NCBI GenBank assembly: GCA_000934665.2 | Contig: JYFJ02000032.1 | Location: forward strand, 186,001-220,057 | Origin: Catajapyx aquilonaris | Taxonomy: Eukaryota | Length of the DNA: 34,057 nucleotides | Reading direction: 5' to 3' | In this document: piece after piece, positions 1 through 12,330 of the stretch | How the letters are laid out: each line of letters opens with the position of its first letter | Numbering within the stretch: position 1 is the first letter of the stretch | Notes under the pieces: generated by a model | Database searches by the model: none | The model's input: the letters and a program-made list of their open reading frames with translations, nothing else | What the model was told of the DNA's origin: nothing | Program-made: the position numbers and the translations under genes

Positions 1-239
1 CGAAGGGGATCTCAGGTGCTCTACTGCCAAATGATATATCCGGGGCAGATAATAGGTCATTACTAGAGATGTCTCGGCAAGTTTCTGTCGGCTAGGTCAC
101 GGCGACAAAAATGAGGCTGGCCGTTAAAGAGCTCCTTTTTTTGCAGGGTTTAAGGTCGTTTCCTCCTTTGTTTCGCTACTCCCCACATTTTGCTTCATCC
201 ACGGCCTCATCAAGAATTTATTTATTTCAAAGATTTAAT

Positions 240-2250
240 AGGCCGCAGGCAGGGCAGCAGGGGGATAAATCATCCATAAGTTATGGGGTGACTTTGAAGG
301 AAGAAGAACCGCCCGGATTTGGGGGATACCCTGGAGGAAATAGGGGGAGAAGAGAGAATTGGAGTGAACGTAGTTTGAATGCTTACAAGAAACCCCTTTT
401 AGCCTGAATGGAGGGGCCTATTCAGGTAGAAAGAGCTGTCCATTGGTTGGGCCAATTTACATAGCCGAAGATAATTATAAAAGGCTCCAATGAGCATCGA
501 GTATAGCAGCCAGTAAATTTTTGTGTGCACAGTCATCTCGTCAACGAACATGTAAAATATTTGGTAGCCGTCAAAGTAGCTCCATGTCGCAAATTGGCAG
601 GCTAATCAGGTCACGTTAGGATGGGTCCCATTGAGCACCCAGACCCATGTTGACATCCAGTCTCGTTAAATCTCAAGACCGCGATGGCCATGCGATGCGG
701 AAACCTGATGGATCCTACTTCCCTGCCAACCGCTTCGCCTGTGATGTGGCAGAGCTCTCAGAGAGAAAAGAGATCATTTTCAATGGGGTGGGTCCGGATT
801 CGAATTGCGTAACTCAATGTGCGAGAAGCCTCTTCCGCTTGTAATGGCCTGGAGGTGTCGTCCTTAATTCCCATCGACGTCACCCCGGCATTTCCATTCC
901 ATTCCTCATGATTATTTACCTGGTGTGAAAAGTGATGGTAAACATTGTGCAACAGTTACCAAGTCACGAAAAAAAAAAATCAGGCCAAGGTATTAAAAAG
1001 AGCTCGTAAAAATTCCGTCGTCACTCATCTTCAGTTTCGGAATGAATAAGTGTGTGTTCGCTTAATGAAAAATTGGGCGCCTTTCTCTCGCAAACGAACC
1101 GCTTTCATCATTGGTTGCTGGTTGATGCTGTAAGTCGCAATATTCATATTTTATCAACTCACTTTTTTCACTAGATGTCTTAATGGCAGGGTATCCACCG
1201 TAGATTCCTTTCCCCATCCTAAGGCTAACACGTAAAAATGTCGAAGAGTCGGAATTATAACGTTCGTTTTTCCCTTCCCCTTCCGTTTGTCTGGCCAAAG
1301 AGGATATCATCGAGGAGCGAAGACTTTTCATTTCGGGTGAAAGGATCCTCGTCACGCTCTTGTGGCTTCGAGACGGAATTAAGGCTGAAATATTATCGCT
1401 CGTTCTCTTCTTTTTCTGACGGAAAAAGGGGACTCTTTCCATTTTGGCGCCGGGGCAAAACTCCAGAGGTAATAATTTTGGGGGAGGAGTAAGGTTGTAA
1501 CCGGTCTTCTACTGATAGATTAATACTGGCCTAGACAGACAGAGCTGAAGCTTAATCGGATTTTTTGGAAGGGTCCGATCCACGTGCTTTTTTTCTCCCC
1601 CTCCGTATGATGCGATTCAATCCTGTGTTAATAAGGCTGGGGGTGATTCTCTCGAAGCTCTTTTGACTCAGTTTGCTTTGCGCAGGATTCCACGGCCGGC
1701 AAAAGACTTTTTGGAAGTTTGCCTTGGAGAAACGATGCGGTCGTTTCTCATTTTGATTGAACCTCGCCCCCTGCAGCAGCTCACTCTTCGAAGAATTCCT
1801 TCATCAATTGAATGCCTTTACCAGAGGAGCAAACTGATGACTTGTTTTCTGTTCCTCTTATTTTATTTTGGATCCAGAATGCAAATAGGCTTGTTTCATG
1901 TACACGTATATATAAGAGTCTGGGCCAGCAGAAGCGGCGGATGAATTAAGTGCTCTAAGCTACGTGATATTTTTGTCGGAGAGACCCTGATGTATCGATG
2001 TTTACATACAGGGCTGACGGTGATCAATTTCTTGCAGCCGGGGCGTTAATCCGGGAAGCAGGTGGTGTTGGACCTAGATTCCATTTATTTGCTTTTTGTG
2101 TCTACAAATATGAGGAAGGCAGGGCACATTCCATAGGTTCCTGGAGAGCAAACAGTTGTCATCGCCCTGTGTTTCTAACCGTAAAGATAGTAGCCCAATC
2201 AGTATACTGGCAACTGGCGGGACAAATAATTCATGGATGACTAGCAATAT
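240..2250 (-). mobile_element. Highly decayed LINE ORF2 relic
   Basis: Scattered collinear remnants on the minus strand: DWATIF, LRMGKGIYGGYPA, PIFH, ISFLSE, MGPIL, MFVDE, SPCCPACG. Individually weak, with approximate boundaries. Confidence 0.33.
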
Positions 2251-3709
2251 ATTTAGTAGAGGTCATCACGCACTAGTGTGTGTAGCATATCTTAAAATCA
2301 GCTATGAATATGCGAACATTTCACCTTGTTGCCAAATTTATGGATGTGCACATTTGGACTTGGATTCACTATCGCATTTTATATGTGTAATTAAACACAA
2401 GTAACTCCTCATTACGCGTCCATGGCGACATTTAGGCGTCACTACATCGTTACCATGCAGTATGTGGAGGCGTAAAAACTTTAATCCCGCTGCTTCATAA
2501 TTTTCCTACTTTTTTATAGATAGCCACCGGGTATTGGTTATCATAACAAAAATAACGGATAAGTTCGCCTATGCAGAGGCTCGCATGATAAAATGAATAT
2601 TAATTATGCCTTTTAAAAAAAACAAGCGGCCAAGGTCTGTATTTACTGATACGGTACTCGCATGCAAACCAAACACAGCCCGCAACCTCGAACCTCTGAA
2701 AACACTGCAAACAGCACTGGTTTTAAGGGATTTCAACCCATCTGAGACTCGAGGGAGACAGATCCGTCTTCTTAAATAATAAAACACACGCAATAAATAC
2801 ATTTTTTCTCCTTCCCGCAGAATCAGTTAGCTTAAACCCCCACGAGTCCCTTAGCAAAGCAGACCTCGGCAGAGGATGCAATTACAGTACTCGTTCCTAT
2901 ACAGCCGAAATGCGAGGGGATACAAGCATGCCCGTTAACAAGAGCCGGTATTACCTACATGCGCCCAACGTGATGTGGAGCCGGCAGCGCAAAGCCAGCA
3001 TTGATCCTCCATAATTGGATAATTTCCAATCTTCTTCCACGCCACGTATTTATTAAACCTGCGACCCTCTCCCTCCAGAGATCAATAGTTTAAAACGATG
3101 GCGCGGAGGAGGAGCTCTTCCTTGGAAGCAATTGTAACCTTTTTTTGACATATAGATATCTTGCTTGAAAAGTAATGCATTTGTAATTTTGGAGAGGGGG
3201 AATAGTTCCCCACTCTTACACCCTCGATGTAATGAGTTGCTGATGAAAAAAGGAGAGAGAGAAAGGTTGCTATTGGTGGTGGGGGGGATGAAGTGGCACT
3301 TTTAGTCGAATCCGTTTAAAAATGCGATTCGTTATGTCCCCTCCCCCACTCCATAAATTCTGGCCACGTGCGCGAAAACCTAGGGGAAAATTTCCAGCTG
3401 TTTACTCCAAACTTGATATTTGCATAAGCTGGCATCGCAGTCGGTGATAAAAAGATAGGCGCTACTGAGTAAGGCTCCTAATATCCTGTTAAATTATTTA
3501 TCTGCTTATAATATCACGCAATATTCTTGAGCTCCATTTCTTGGCATTTTGAGCAATCATTTTAATCAAATCGACCATATATTGTTGTAGGAATTGTTGG
3601 CTTCTTAAGTAAACACCTGGCTGAAAAGTACTCGAGATAATTTAGGTACAGTAGATGTTACTTTGCCTTTAAGTGACCTTCTCCGCCCTAACACCTGGTA
3701 AATTCAAGA

Positions 3710-4340
3710 ATGACTCCTTCCGCATTCTTTGGGCCCTTATCTTTGGCAAGTAGTGTACCCAGAGTAACGTAAAGGCGGGAGAAGAAATTAAGCAAAGGGT
3801 TGGGCCACTGGCGCGGGTCTAAACGTGGAAATATGGTGGCAGGATATAGTGTAAAGGAGCTCCTCCGCCCCCGTTGTTTGTAGATACCAAGGTAAAGTTT
3901 CAACTTATAGGGCTGCTGAACAACACTGAGCCGACGCCTGGGAAAAAATTGCACCTGTTCCTCGATGGCGTTAGGCAGTCTGTTTCTGGGGCTGTAACTC
4001 AAGTTTTAAAACCTATTCGGTGCAGTTTGAGGGGCGTAGTTGCTTTGAAGCAGAGCGGCGGGGAAGGGAGGCCAAACTAGTTTATATGGATTCCTCCCCA
4101 AGTCCATAAAGGAAGGATTCTGCGTGGAAGCCAGGACGTTTTATCAGCACTAAAGTGGCTTTTGGTGAAAAGAAGCGGCCCCGGCCTGCCCCTAGTATGT
4201 GGCCAGGTAGCAGCAAATCCGGACTTAACCCTGGGAAGGACAGGCTTTTCCCCTTTGATGCCCTCTGCTGCCTTCCAAGCAAGACTTCCAATCTTCCGTT
4301 TCCAGCTTTAGGGAATCAATCCGGCTGCTGTCTCGCACCC
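3710..4340 (-). mobile_element. Decayed CR1/L2-type LINE RT fragment (C-terminal RT region)
   Basis: Collinear remnants across frames, LLGRQQRASKGKS, RVKSG, PGHILG, GPLLFT, FSADK, LYLGIY and TLYPATIFPRLD, resemble FL.GRQQRV..G.KS / V.SGVPQGS.LGPLLF / FADD / YLGI / LY...I.P.L. Confidence 0.55.
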
Positions 4341-5199
4341 ACACAAATCCGTTTAGGTGCGTTTCAGGCCGCAAGTCCTCCTAGCTCTTTCGTCGTTTTG
4401 ATTAAGCGGCATTCAGGCCAACAGGGGCTGTATGTGCGTCTGCTGCCAAGATTAGGGAGGCACTAAGTAGCCTATATACCGGCCTCTTGAACCCACCGGA
4501 GACCGGAAACCACCTCAGGAAATGCCACTTTAGAAATGGAGACCAGAATCTGAGCTCTTATACGTAGAAATGCTGGGATGCAACAAAGAGGGACTTACGA
4601 GCCATCCTCGGGCCAAAGTCAGCTTATGCGGAGATGGTTGCTGCAAACACGTCCTGCAAATTGAGAGAAAATCAGTGCGTGGCTCCGTAAACACGACGCG
4701 ACGTGTCGTAATAACTCTAAGACGAACCCCTGGACATCATAGGATCACTTGAGGTACTGTACAGGTACCATTCAGCCTCAGAAGTCTCGTTACTGACCAT
4801 CAAACGGCGAAGGTGTGTGCGTCCCTCCGTGCAATCACGTCTCATTAGAAAATTATTTGACAGCAAATCCTCTGGTGAGCATTACGCAACGACCTGCAAT
4901 TAAAATTGGAGCAAGGCGTATAAGTACACACAGAGTGTCTCAAGACTTGAAAGGCGCTTCGAAGGACATTGACAATGATAGCGGAGTAGGTCGATCTTGA
5001 TACATATTTCGAAAGCGTTCGGTGTCACCTCGAGCGCCACGCATTATTCATATCAATTCGGGTGGGAATGAGATGCTATCAGAGGGACTGTGCGAGAACA
5101 GGGGAACTTAGGGCTCGACTGCTTTACATAGTGATAACCAGGAGTGACAGGCCAGTTGGATATAAACACGGGAGAAAATTGTACAAAGGACTGGGCCTC

Positions 5200-5790
5200 T
5201 CTCTGGGATCGACATCATGAATGTGGAACAAATAAGGCCGAAAGCCAATGATGCAGGCCGATAGGGCTGTCGAATATATTAAACCATATAGACTATATCC
5301 AGCAGACTTTTTGTTTGCCTCTGGCAAGCAGCACAGAGGACTGCAAGTGTTTGACTGCCTTCTCTGGTCAACCTATATAGGTAGCCATGATGCTGCTCAT
5401 TTTCATTCTGCCAGTCAGGCTGTCAGCTGATAGAGTATTTCGGGATTTTCCAATCTCACAATTCGCTGTTGACTAGTAGAATTCTTAGGGATTTCATAAC
5501 CAAGTTGGGAACGTGCATTTAACCATGCTGATGACAATCAATATTGGTAAGTTTCAGTGATGTAACAGAACTTTTAATGAACATTTCACTGGGGCAATTT
5601 TATCATTTTTGGGGAAATCTTGAACTGGTATTGCCGCGTGTGTTTCAGCTCATCTCTATATAGGAAATATATATGCAAAGGGTGCAGAACTATACATTTT
5701 TTCGTAAGAGAGCTTTTTAGGTCATTATGCAAACAATTTCCCGGGTTCCTGGAGCCATGTTACATCCTGTTTTTAGCTCAGGAAACCACA
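5200..5790 (-). mobile_element. Decayed CR1/L2-type LINE reverse transcriptase fragment (N-terminal RT region)
   Basis: Collinear, frame-disrupted minus-strand remnants APG, LLRK..SAPFAYIF, KIAPV, QHHG, LDIVYM and FDS resemble KAPG-D / LK..A.PL..IF / A.V.PI / QHGF / D.VY.DF.KAFD. Confidence 0.5.
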
Positions 5791-6069
5791 CAAAACGAAT
5801 GGAATTGAGAAGCCTTCAGAATAGTTTACCACACACATTTTTTTTAAAAAAATACCCCTTGCTCAGGACTGTGAATAGTTTACCATTACAGTATGCGAAG
5901 AATAATGGACAGCTATAGTTTATGTACAAGTGCATTTGACAACTCATGTGCAGAAAATAAACTTACCTACTGTATGCATACGCCTGGTTTTGAACGTCTT
6001 AATTAATTACGTCAAACTACAGCTCAACAAAATAATGATTTCACCCAACAATTACCGCAGGATATTTTT

Positions 6070-6280
6070 ATATTATTACTCTAAATTAATAATTACTCTC
6101 ATTACTATATATTATATAATACTCTAATTAAACGAATACATTGCTCTAATATTACTATATTACTATATTAAATTACTATATTACTATATTAAATTACTAT
6201 ATTACTATATTAAATTACTATATTAAATTACTATATATTATTACTATATAAATTACTATATTAAATTACTTACTATATTA
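6070..6280. repeat. AT-rich minisatellite of ATTACTAT / ATTACTATATTAA units
   Basis: Directly visible tandem array. The core is 6150-6280, with degenerate ATTACTCT variants from 6070. Confidence 0.9.
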
Positions 6281-8156
6281 GTGTACTACAAATAGTAAAT
6301 TCTCGATATAACGCTCCCTCTCCCAGATGCGGCAGGACAGAGTGTAAAATAGCAATATACACTGCTGTGCCATTACAACTGTCAATTTTATCAACTTACC
6401 ATTTCAGTCAGTACTCAGTTATGTCACAGAACTGGAAAAATATATGATAATGTAGTTTTCCCCGTGGGTGTAATACAATATTTAGTTTTCTCTTGTGGCA
6501 TGTACAGTATGTTCTGAATAAGTAACAGAGGCCCAATCTTTAAAAAATTGAAGCTCAAAATTTAAACTCTTTGCCAATTACAAACGCATACTTATGACAG
6601 AATTTCAAGCATGTAATGAATGCCGGTTGCAACTAGAAAAATCTTATACCGACTCCGAAATCCCTTGGGTGTAATAAAGTGGAAGAAGATGTGGAAGAAA
6701 ATTATAGTCGTGAAGCTATAGAGATGCCAGTCCTGTAATCTACTCAGCCAAGTCCGTGGTAGGTTTTCTCAAATGAGGAAGGGTTCGCTGGGAGCCCAAT
6801 TTTTTAAAGGGAATGTGACGACTCCTCCGGAATCCTGTCTGCGGGTATTATATGACTGAGCCGGCAGGATCACCCAAGGAGACGTCACTTTGGAGTGACT
6901 GGATACAAAGCTCTGTCTTCAAGGCAGCGACGTTAACCCATCCCAAGGAATTGGAAAGGCTCGATGGCAAAACCAGGGCAGCTAGGGACAAAACTGCCTG
7001 CCCTGCCTCGTGCAATAAATATCGCGTTGTTTTACGGCTACAGGACTAATGAGTTCCAAGCGAATAGCTCGGTCAGGTTTCGTGGAGCAAATTAATTATT
7101 CAACACGCTCAAAAATTCCATTTCACACATGATGCAACAAGTGGCTCTGGTCATTATATGCATCAATAAAATTCATGTCATGTCGCCTATTCCGCAGGAT
7201 GCAATAACAATCCCAGCAGTAAACCTTTGATTGCCGGTCATGTGTTTGGCCAATCCAGTATCCTTTGTTGTCACTGATTGGCGTGCATACTGTTTGCAGA
7301 TGCGGATTTTTTGGGGGGGAGGGAGAGCTATTGGCCTGACCACGCTTTTGTGCAATGAGTTGTGAATGGGTGATCAACCACCGCCGAGTTAAGCAAACAA
7401 ATAAATAAAAGGGAGTTGGCACAGAGAGAGAGCGACTGGGTTTGTATTATTGGAATTGTTCCTGAGGCTGAGTTGCGACATCACTCTTGGCTCGACTTAG
7501 CTCTGAATAGAGCCAATTGAGATAGAGCAGGAACAAAGGGAACGCGACTAAACCTTTGGAATTGATGCCCGGGTAGACAAAAGAACAGGAGGCGCTAATG
7601 AAAGCTCGTGTGCATAAAAGCGAAACGGAAATCCACACCCCTTTTCACCCGATAGGCGCCTAGCTGCAGCACCCCAGCAACTACCCCCTCTTTCGTTCTC
7701 ATGTAAAATTCACGGACAACACCATCCTCGGGATTCATCCATCGATTCATCCAGCACGCTTATCATGCCAGGAGCACGACACCCCTCCCAAAATGTCTCG
7801 GAGAATTCTCTCTCCACCATCTCCGTCAGTTTTGAACATTGTGAAACCCTCCCTCCTCCCTTTCCTTCGCCATGATTTAATATCAGAAAGGAGGAAGCAA
7901 GGCTCTGGTTCGCTTCAGTTGCACGTGAACAATATCTCTGAGGCGTCAATCCAACCTGGGGGCCCTTCTCTTTGGGACCCAGGGATGGACCCAGCCTCCG
8001 CCTCCCCCCTCGGGCTAATTTTGTAACCTATTGAATTCCGCGGGCTGCAATTACAGCGCAGGGGCGACTGATAATTGGCTCTTCTGCCGCCCCCTTCTTC
8101 ATTAGGGGCTTTTAGCTCTACTCATGCTTTTCCCTCTTGTTTCCTCTCCCCCTCAG

Positions 8157-8264
8157 AGGCAGCTCTGCAGCAGAGGCCGCAGGGTCGTCATTGTCGGCGG
8201 GTGGTGATGGCCACCGCGTAGGAGGGACATCCAAGGTGGGGGTAGACAGCGGAAGAAGAAGAAG
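8157..8264 (+). other. 5' UTR part of coding exon 1; implies an upstream non-coding exon
   Basis: Strong polypyrimidine tract and acceptor ttttccctcttgtttcctctccccctcag| ending at 8156. Confidence 0.65.
8207..8221 (+). promoter_or_regulatory. Upstream ORF (MATA*) in the 5' UTR
   Basis: gtgATGGCCACCGCGTAG, with G at -3 and G at +4. Ends 43 nt before the main ATG. Confidence 0.55.
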
Positions 8265-9509
8265 ATGTGGCGCCTCCATCTCCTGCTGCTCCTGGTGGGC
8301 CTGGGGATGAGCTCGGCCACTGGCGGGGCCGTCGGAGGGGACATTGACGAGCTCTTCAAAGACGAGGGATTCCTCAGGATGTCCCGCAGCGGGGAGTCGT
8401 TTGCCAACAGACCTCCCCCGCCGCCGGAGCTGTTAGCCCCGGGGCCGCCCCCGCCCCCGCCCCAGCCACCGGCCGCAGCCCCTCAGCAGCACCACGAGCC
8501 GGCCAGCTCCGGACCGCACAAGAGGGACAAGGGCGAGAGGAGCAGTCCGGACGCCAGCACTGGAGGGAAAGAGGCCAACAGCGCCGTGATGCCCAGCGTC
8601 TCGTTCCTGGACCTGGCCTTTGGGCTGGACCGAAGCCCGCTGGAGAAAAACATTGCGGCCATTTTTAGCAAGGTGGCGTTTGGTCACTCGGCCAACTCCA
8701 ACACCACGTCAACGCCTGCCACCGGCAAGGACGTGGTTGCTGGCACCAAGAAAGAGGAGGATCAGTCCAAGCCTCGAGTGACCCAAGCGCCGCCACCGAC
8801 TGCCCCGTTGCCCAGGTTGCCAGGCGGCGAAGGGGTCAAACCTACGCAGGTCACCTACGCGGCTGACAACTCGCCTGCTCAGCACCAGCCGCGACAACCT
8901 GCGGCCAAGGAGTCTTCCCTGGGCAACAACGACACCGAGTACGACTTTGTGCCCATCCTGCAGAACCCGACCGTCACGCGCATCCTGGCTGGCAGCACTG
9001 GCAAGAGGCCTCTTCCGACGCTGCTTCACCTACCAGAAGAGATCCAGCGGCGTCTGAGGGAGAACCTGACCTCCTTCCTGAACGAGGTCAACAAGGACTC
9101 AATGATCGACGTCAAGCCGCAGATGCCTCCGCCTCCAGCTCCGCCGCAGTCGCAACCCGAGCAGCATCCGCCGCATCCCTCGCCGCAGCCCAGGCCTCCG
9201 GTGTACCCAACAGAAAGGGATGACGACGACATTGAGGACTATGGTCGGACCGAGCCGTCTTCGTCCGGGTCCGGTGTGTTGGCCGAGGCGGAACAGGAAG
9301 CACCCAGACCCAAGATGGCCGTGGTTGACGGCGAGGAAGTGGAGGTGTCGGAAGGAGAGCCTGGACCGGACAGGACCAGCACTCCCATCGCCCTCGGTGT
9401 CGCCTGGGACGTACACGTGTACCTCATGGGCACCCTCTTCGCGCTCCTGGCCGCCTACTCTCTGGTCAGCCTGGTCCGGCTCCACGGATGTCCGCATCTC
9501 CTTCCAAAG
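8265..9509 (+). CDS. PRRT3/PRRT4-like: PRRT3/PRRT4-family 7TM protein, coding exon 1 (signal peptide, Pro-rich ectodomain, TM1)
   Basis: ATG 8265 is the first Met after an in-frame TGA (8205-8207). The N-terminus MWRLHLLLLLVGLGMSSA looks like a signal peptide. The long GC-rich ORF contains AWDVHVYLMGTLFALLAAYSLVSL, resembling PRRT3/4 TM1 (AWEAHVYG..ALF). Donor AAG|GTCAGT at 9509/9510, phase 0. Confidence 0.9.
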
Positions 9510-11532
9510 GTCAGTATACTGCCACTAAACTAATTTTCAAACTCTGGGAGTCGCAGAATGGAGGCTGATTGGCACGCACCGGAGGATGGAACTTTAAACG
9601 CGGCTAACTTCGGACCGAATTTGCAAGTTGCTCTTACGCTTGCCAGGCAGAGTTTCCTATATATAGTACAGGGTATAGTGCACTGTCCGAGCTCGCAGTC
9701 CTGGAGAGCTCACTCCAGCAACCAATTTTAAGAGAAGCAACTGATCTATAGACTCTATCCATTTTTTAAAGTTGCTATAAGTACATAGACACAAATTGAC
9801 CGAATGAAATATGTTGCTTCGTTTTAAACTAATTTATGGAAGACGCAATCTATGCAGCTCTTGCAATATCGCTGACCCTGTACAGTGACTCCAAGTTGTG
9901 TAATATACATGATGGGCTTCTCCCATATGCTGTACAGTAGTTCCTCCAAGAGTATGCATGAGCCATTCTTTCCTCGTCTGGCCATCCTGAGTATTGCACA
10001 CCTACTTGTTCCTGCATGAATATTTTAAGAGCTATGCAGAGTTAACCTCACGTACAGCGAACCTGGCTACAGGTTTGTCGCCCATGCTATAGTGAATAAT
10101 TACTGTCGCTGTCAAGCCTTTCGCCACAGAGCCAGTCAAGTCAGGCACTGTCTGACGTACTGTACAGGTCAACACCCTCTTTCCTGCTTGTAAAATCACA
10201 CCTTAATGATTACAGCATTACAGGGTGTTCCCACTGGCCATCTACACTATTTTTTCCATTACAATTGCGTAAGTTCGCGAAGAGAAAGGACAGATCAATC
10301 ACACTGGAGCATCTGAGGTATCGCCCGGAATCTGTGCCGTGCTTGTGGCGGGGCTGAGTTTCTCACGTGGTGTTATGTCCCATGGGACCCACTGCTGTGA
10401 GAAAGGAGCCCACCCACGCACTCACAGAGACGGTGTCACGTACATATCGGCTGCACCAGCGCATGTCCCGTACACCTTCATGGCCCCTTTCTGTCATTCG
10501 GGTGCCCATGTCAATTACACTCAGAGGATATGACTGGCTTGCGGTTAGGAAAACGGTCGTTACGAAGTCAGTCCTTAAGATCTGACCCCTTTCATTCCCA
10601 ATGTCAGGTCTTTTTTGACATGGGCCAACCGCCCCTGTTTTTTTCTTACCTGCGGTTCTTAAAGAGCACCCCTGTGTTCGGATGAGCGGTTCGAGTCTCC
10701 CTGTAAAAATTGTGGGTTCCACATGAGGACGTGCAGCTGCCGTGTTGCTGAGTCTCTCTCTGACATATATCTCAGGCCAGGTGGCTTGATTGGTCACGTC
10801 CGTCACGCCACAATAGTTTTGCTATTTGGATTTGGCAGGACGCGGTTTTGTCCAACGGGGGCTAAAAAGGAAAGTCAGAACCAGGTTGTGAACATGACTG
10901 TTAATGAGCTCCGGTTTTAGAAGCCTCGTAACTGCTGTAAATATTTAGCACATGCCGTGTGCACCTAGTCCTATAATTCATGTGGCACAAAGATATGAGC
11001 CGCTTATGTTTTTATGTATTGCATAAGAAGCGATGAGACCGCACACCCTTGCCCTACTTCCGAAGTCTGACCACAGCCCCGTCATGTGTAATGGAATGCA
11101 CGTAATTTAAACATCCATTACGCGGGCGAAGTGAAAGTACAAGGGTATTGCTTCAGCCGCTCTAGTTCCGCAGCGGGTCATCTCACCCCCGTGAAAGTGT
11201 TGGAGGTTAAAGGTAGCACATCCCCCATTGTTCTCCGTTGTTCAGTTCGCCAACTGCTCGGTCACGGTTCTCTCATGAGAGGGCAGCTCCAACGACCCTC
11301 GACAAAAAAAAATGATTTTAATTAAACCTCCGAACCGCCGTACCTTGCATTGGATTGTTCAATTATGTGGGTCGACTTTTTGATCTTAGAGGGTTAATTA
11401 TAGAGGGGCTCCAGTTTTTGGACATGTCCAAAGCTGGACACGGTCTGGCGATCACCTTGTCCGTGCATCGATCGAATCATATGGGGTCGACTGGCCTTCG
11501 AAAAGTAATCGTTCCCTCTGTTTAATTTTCAG

Positions 11533-11724
11533 GGCTACTTTCTGACGCTGAACTCTCTGATGTTGATGTTGGGAGCCCTGAGAGCAGTGTACCTGTTCTA
11601 CGACGCATACAACCTGCAGCAAGGATTTCCTCCAGTGGTCGCGTACCTTCTCCTGCACGTCTCTTTTCCGTGCATCACCTCCGCCTTCGCCGTTCTCTTC
11701 ATGGCGCTCCTCAGGGCCACTCAG
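11533..11724 (+). CDS. PRRT3/PRRT4-like: PRRT3/PRRT4-family protein, coding exon 2 (TM2-TM3)
   Basis: Acceptor tttaattttcag|G, donor CAG|GTAAGG, 192 nt, phase 0-0. Encodes GYFLTLNSLMLMLGALRAVYLFYDAY...LLHVSFPCITSAF, matching the family RA..LFYDAY and PC motifs. Confidence 0.92.
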
Positions 11725-12290
11725 GTAAGGTCGTCATTTGCTCCACATACTATTATGTCGCCCTACATATACAGTTACCCCACTCAAAAAATGGGAGTTT
11801 CTCACGGGCGGCGATCCGGAAATTTCAACTACCGGAACAATGCACCGGCTTTATTTTTGTTCCCTTATTTCCACCCCCCGGTTTTTAATTAGCCAACCTC
11901 GCATATTGCATGAAACGGCTTCCTTCCTGCCATCACCAAGAGGAAGCCGAACCTTGGGCTTGACGTGTTTTCAAGGCAGGCCGTGGAAGCAACAATATGA
12001 CTGACAATTTATCGACCAGTTTCTTTTTTTAAATAAATAAAAAAGAATGCTTAAAATTTCCGGAGTTGCACGAGGCATATTATGTGTACTAATATCAGCT
12101 GAATTTATCCCCTTCCCGGTCCGAACAAGGTCACGACTGCTAATTAACCGGACTCTGGTATCAGATTCCTGAGTCTGCTTGTCACGAAGATTTTGAGTAT
12201 CGGATTGCATTGTACGCCACGATGCCCTGCAGGTATGTGCAGCGTGTAGAGTACAGCGGCTGGTTGCGATTGACCGGCTGAGTCAAAGGC

Positions 12291-12330
12291 TACAGTGCTG
12301 TAAACAAGGCCTGGTTTTAATAGCACTGTA
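12291..12330. repeat. 40-bp imperfect palindrome TA-CAGTGCT...AGCACTG-TA (minimal Tc1/mariner-like remnant)
   Basis: tacagtgctgtaaacaaggcctggttttaatagcactgta: the terminal 9 bp are perfectly inverted, starting CAGT, flanked by TA. Confidence 0.5.

Noticed and set aside
6070..6280. Tandem array considered as CRISPR-like
   Set aside because: Contiguous short units with no unique spacers, in a eukaryotic context: a minisatellite.
8153..9528. Multiple antisense and alternate-frame ORFs over exon 1 (likewise 20928-21579, 26218-26890, 27630-29129)
   Set aside because: These are shadows of GC-rich coding exons, with no independent splice signals or recognisable domains.
9510..9533. ORF read-through VSILPLN* giving a 422-aa single-TM protein (similar run-ons at 11725-11892, 18913-19041, 26754-26978)
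   Set aside because: Each begins at a good GT donor and loses coding character, so it is intronic. Intron retention cannot be shown from sequence.
10530..10700. B-box-like GGTTCGAGTC (10688-10697), possible tRNA or SINE
   Set aside because: No cloverleaf or properly spaced A box is recognisable.
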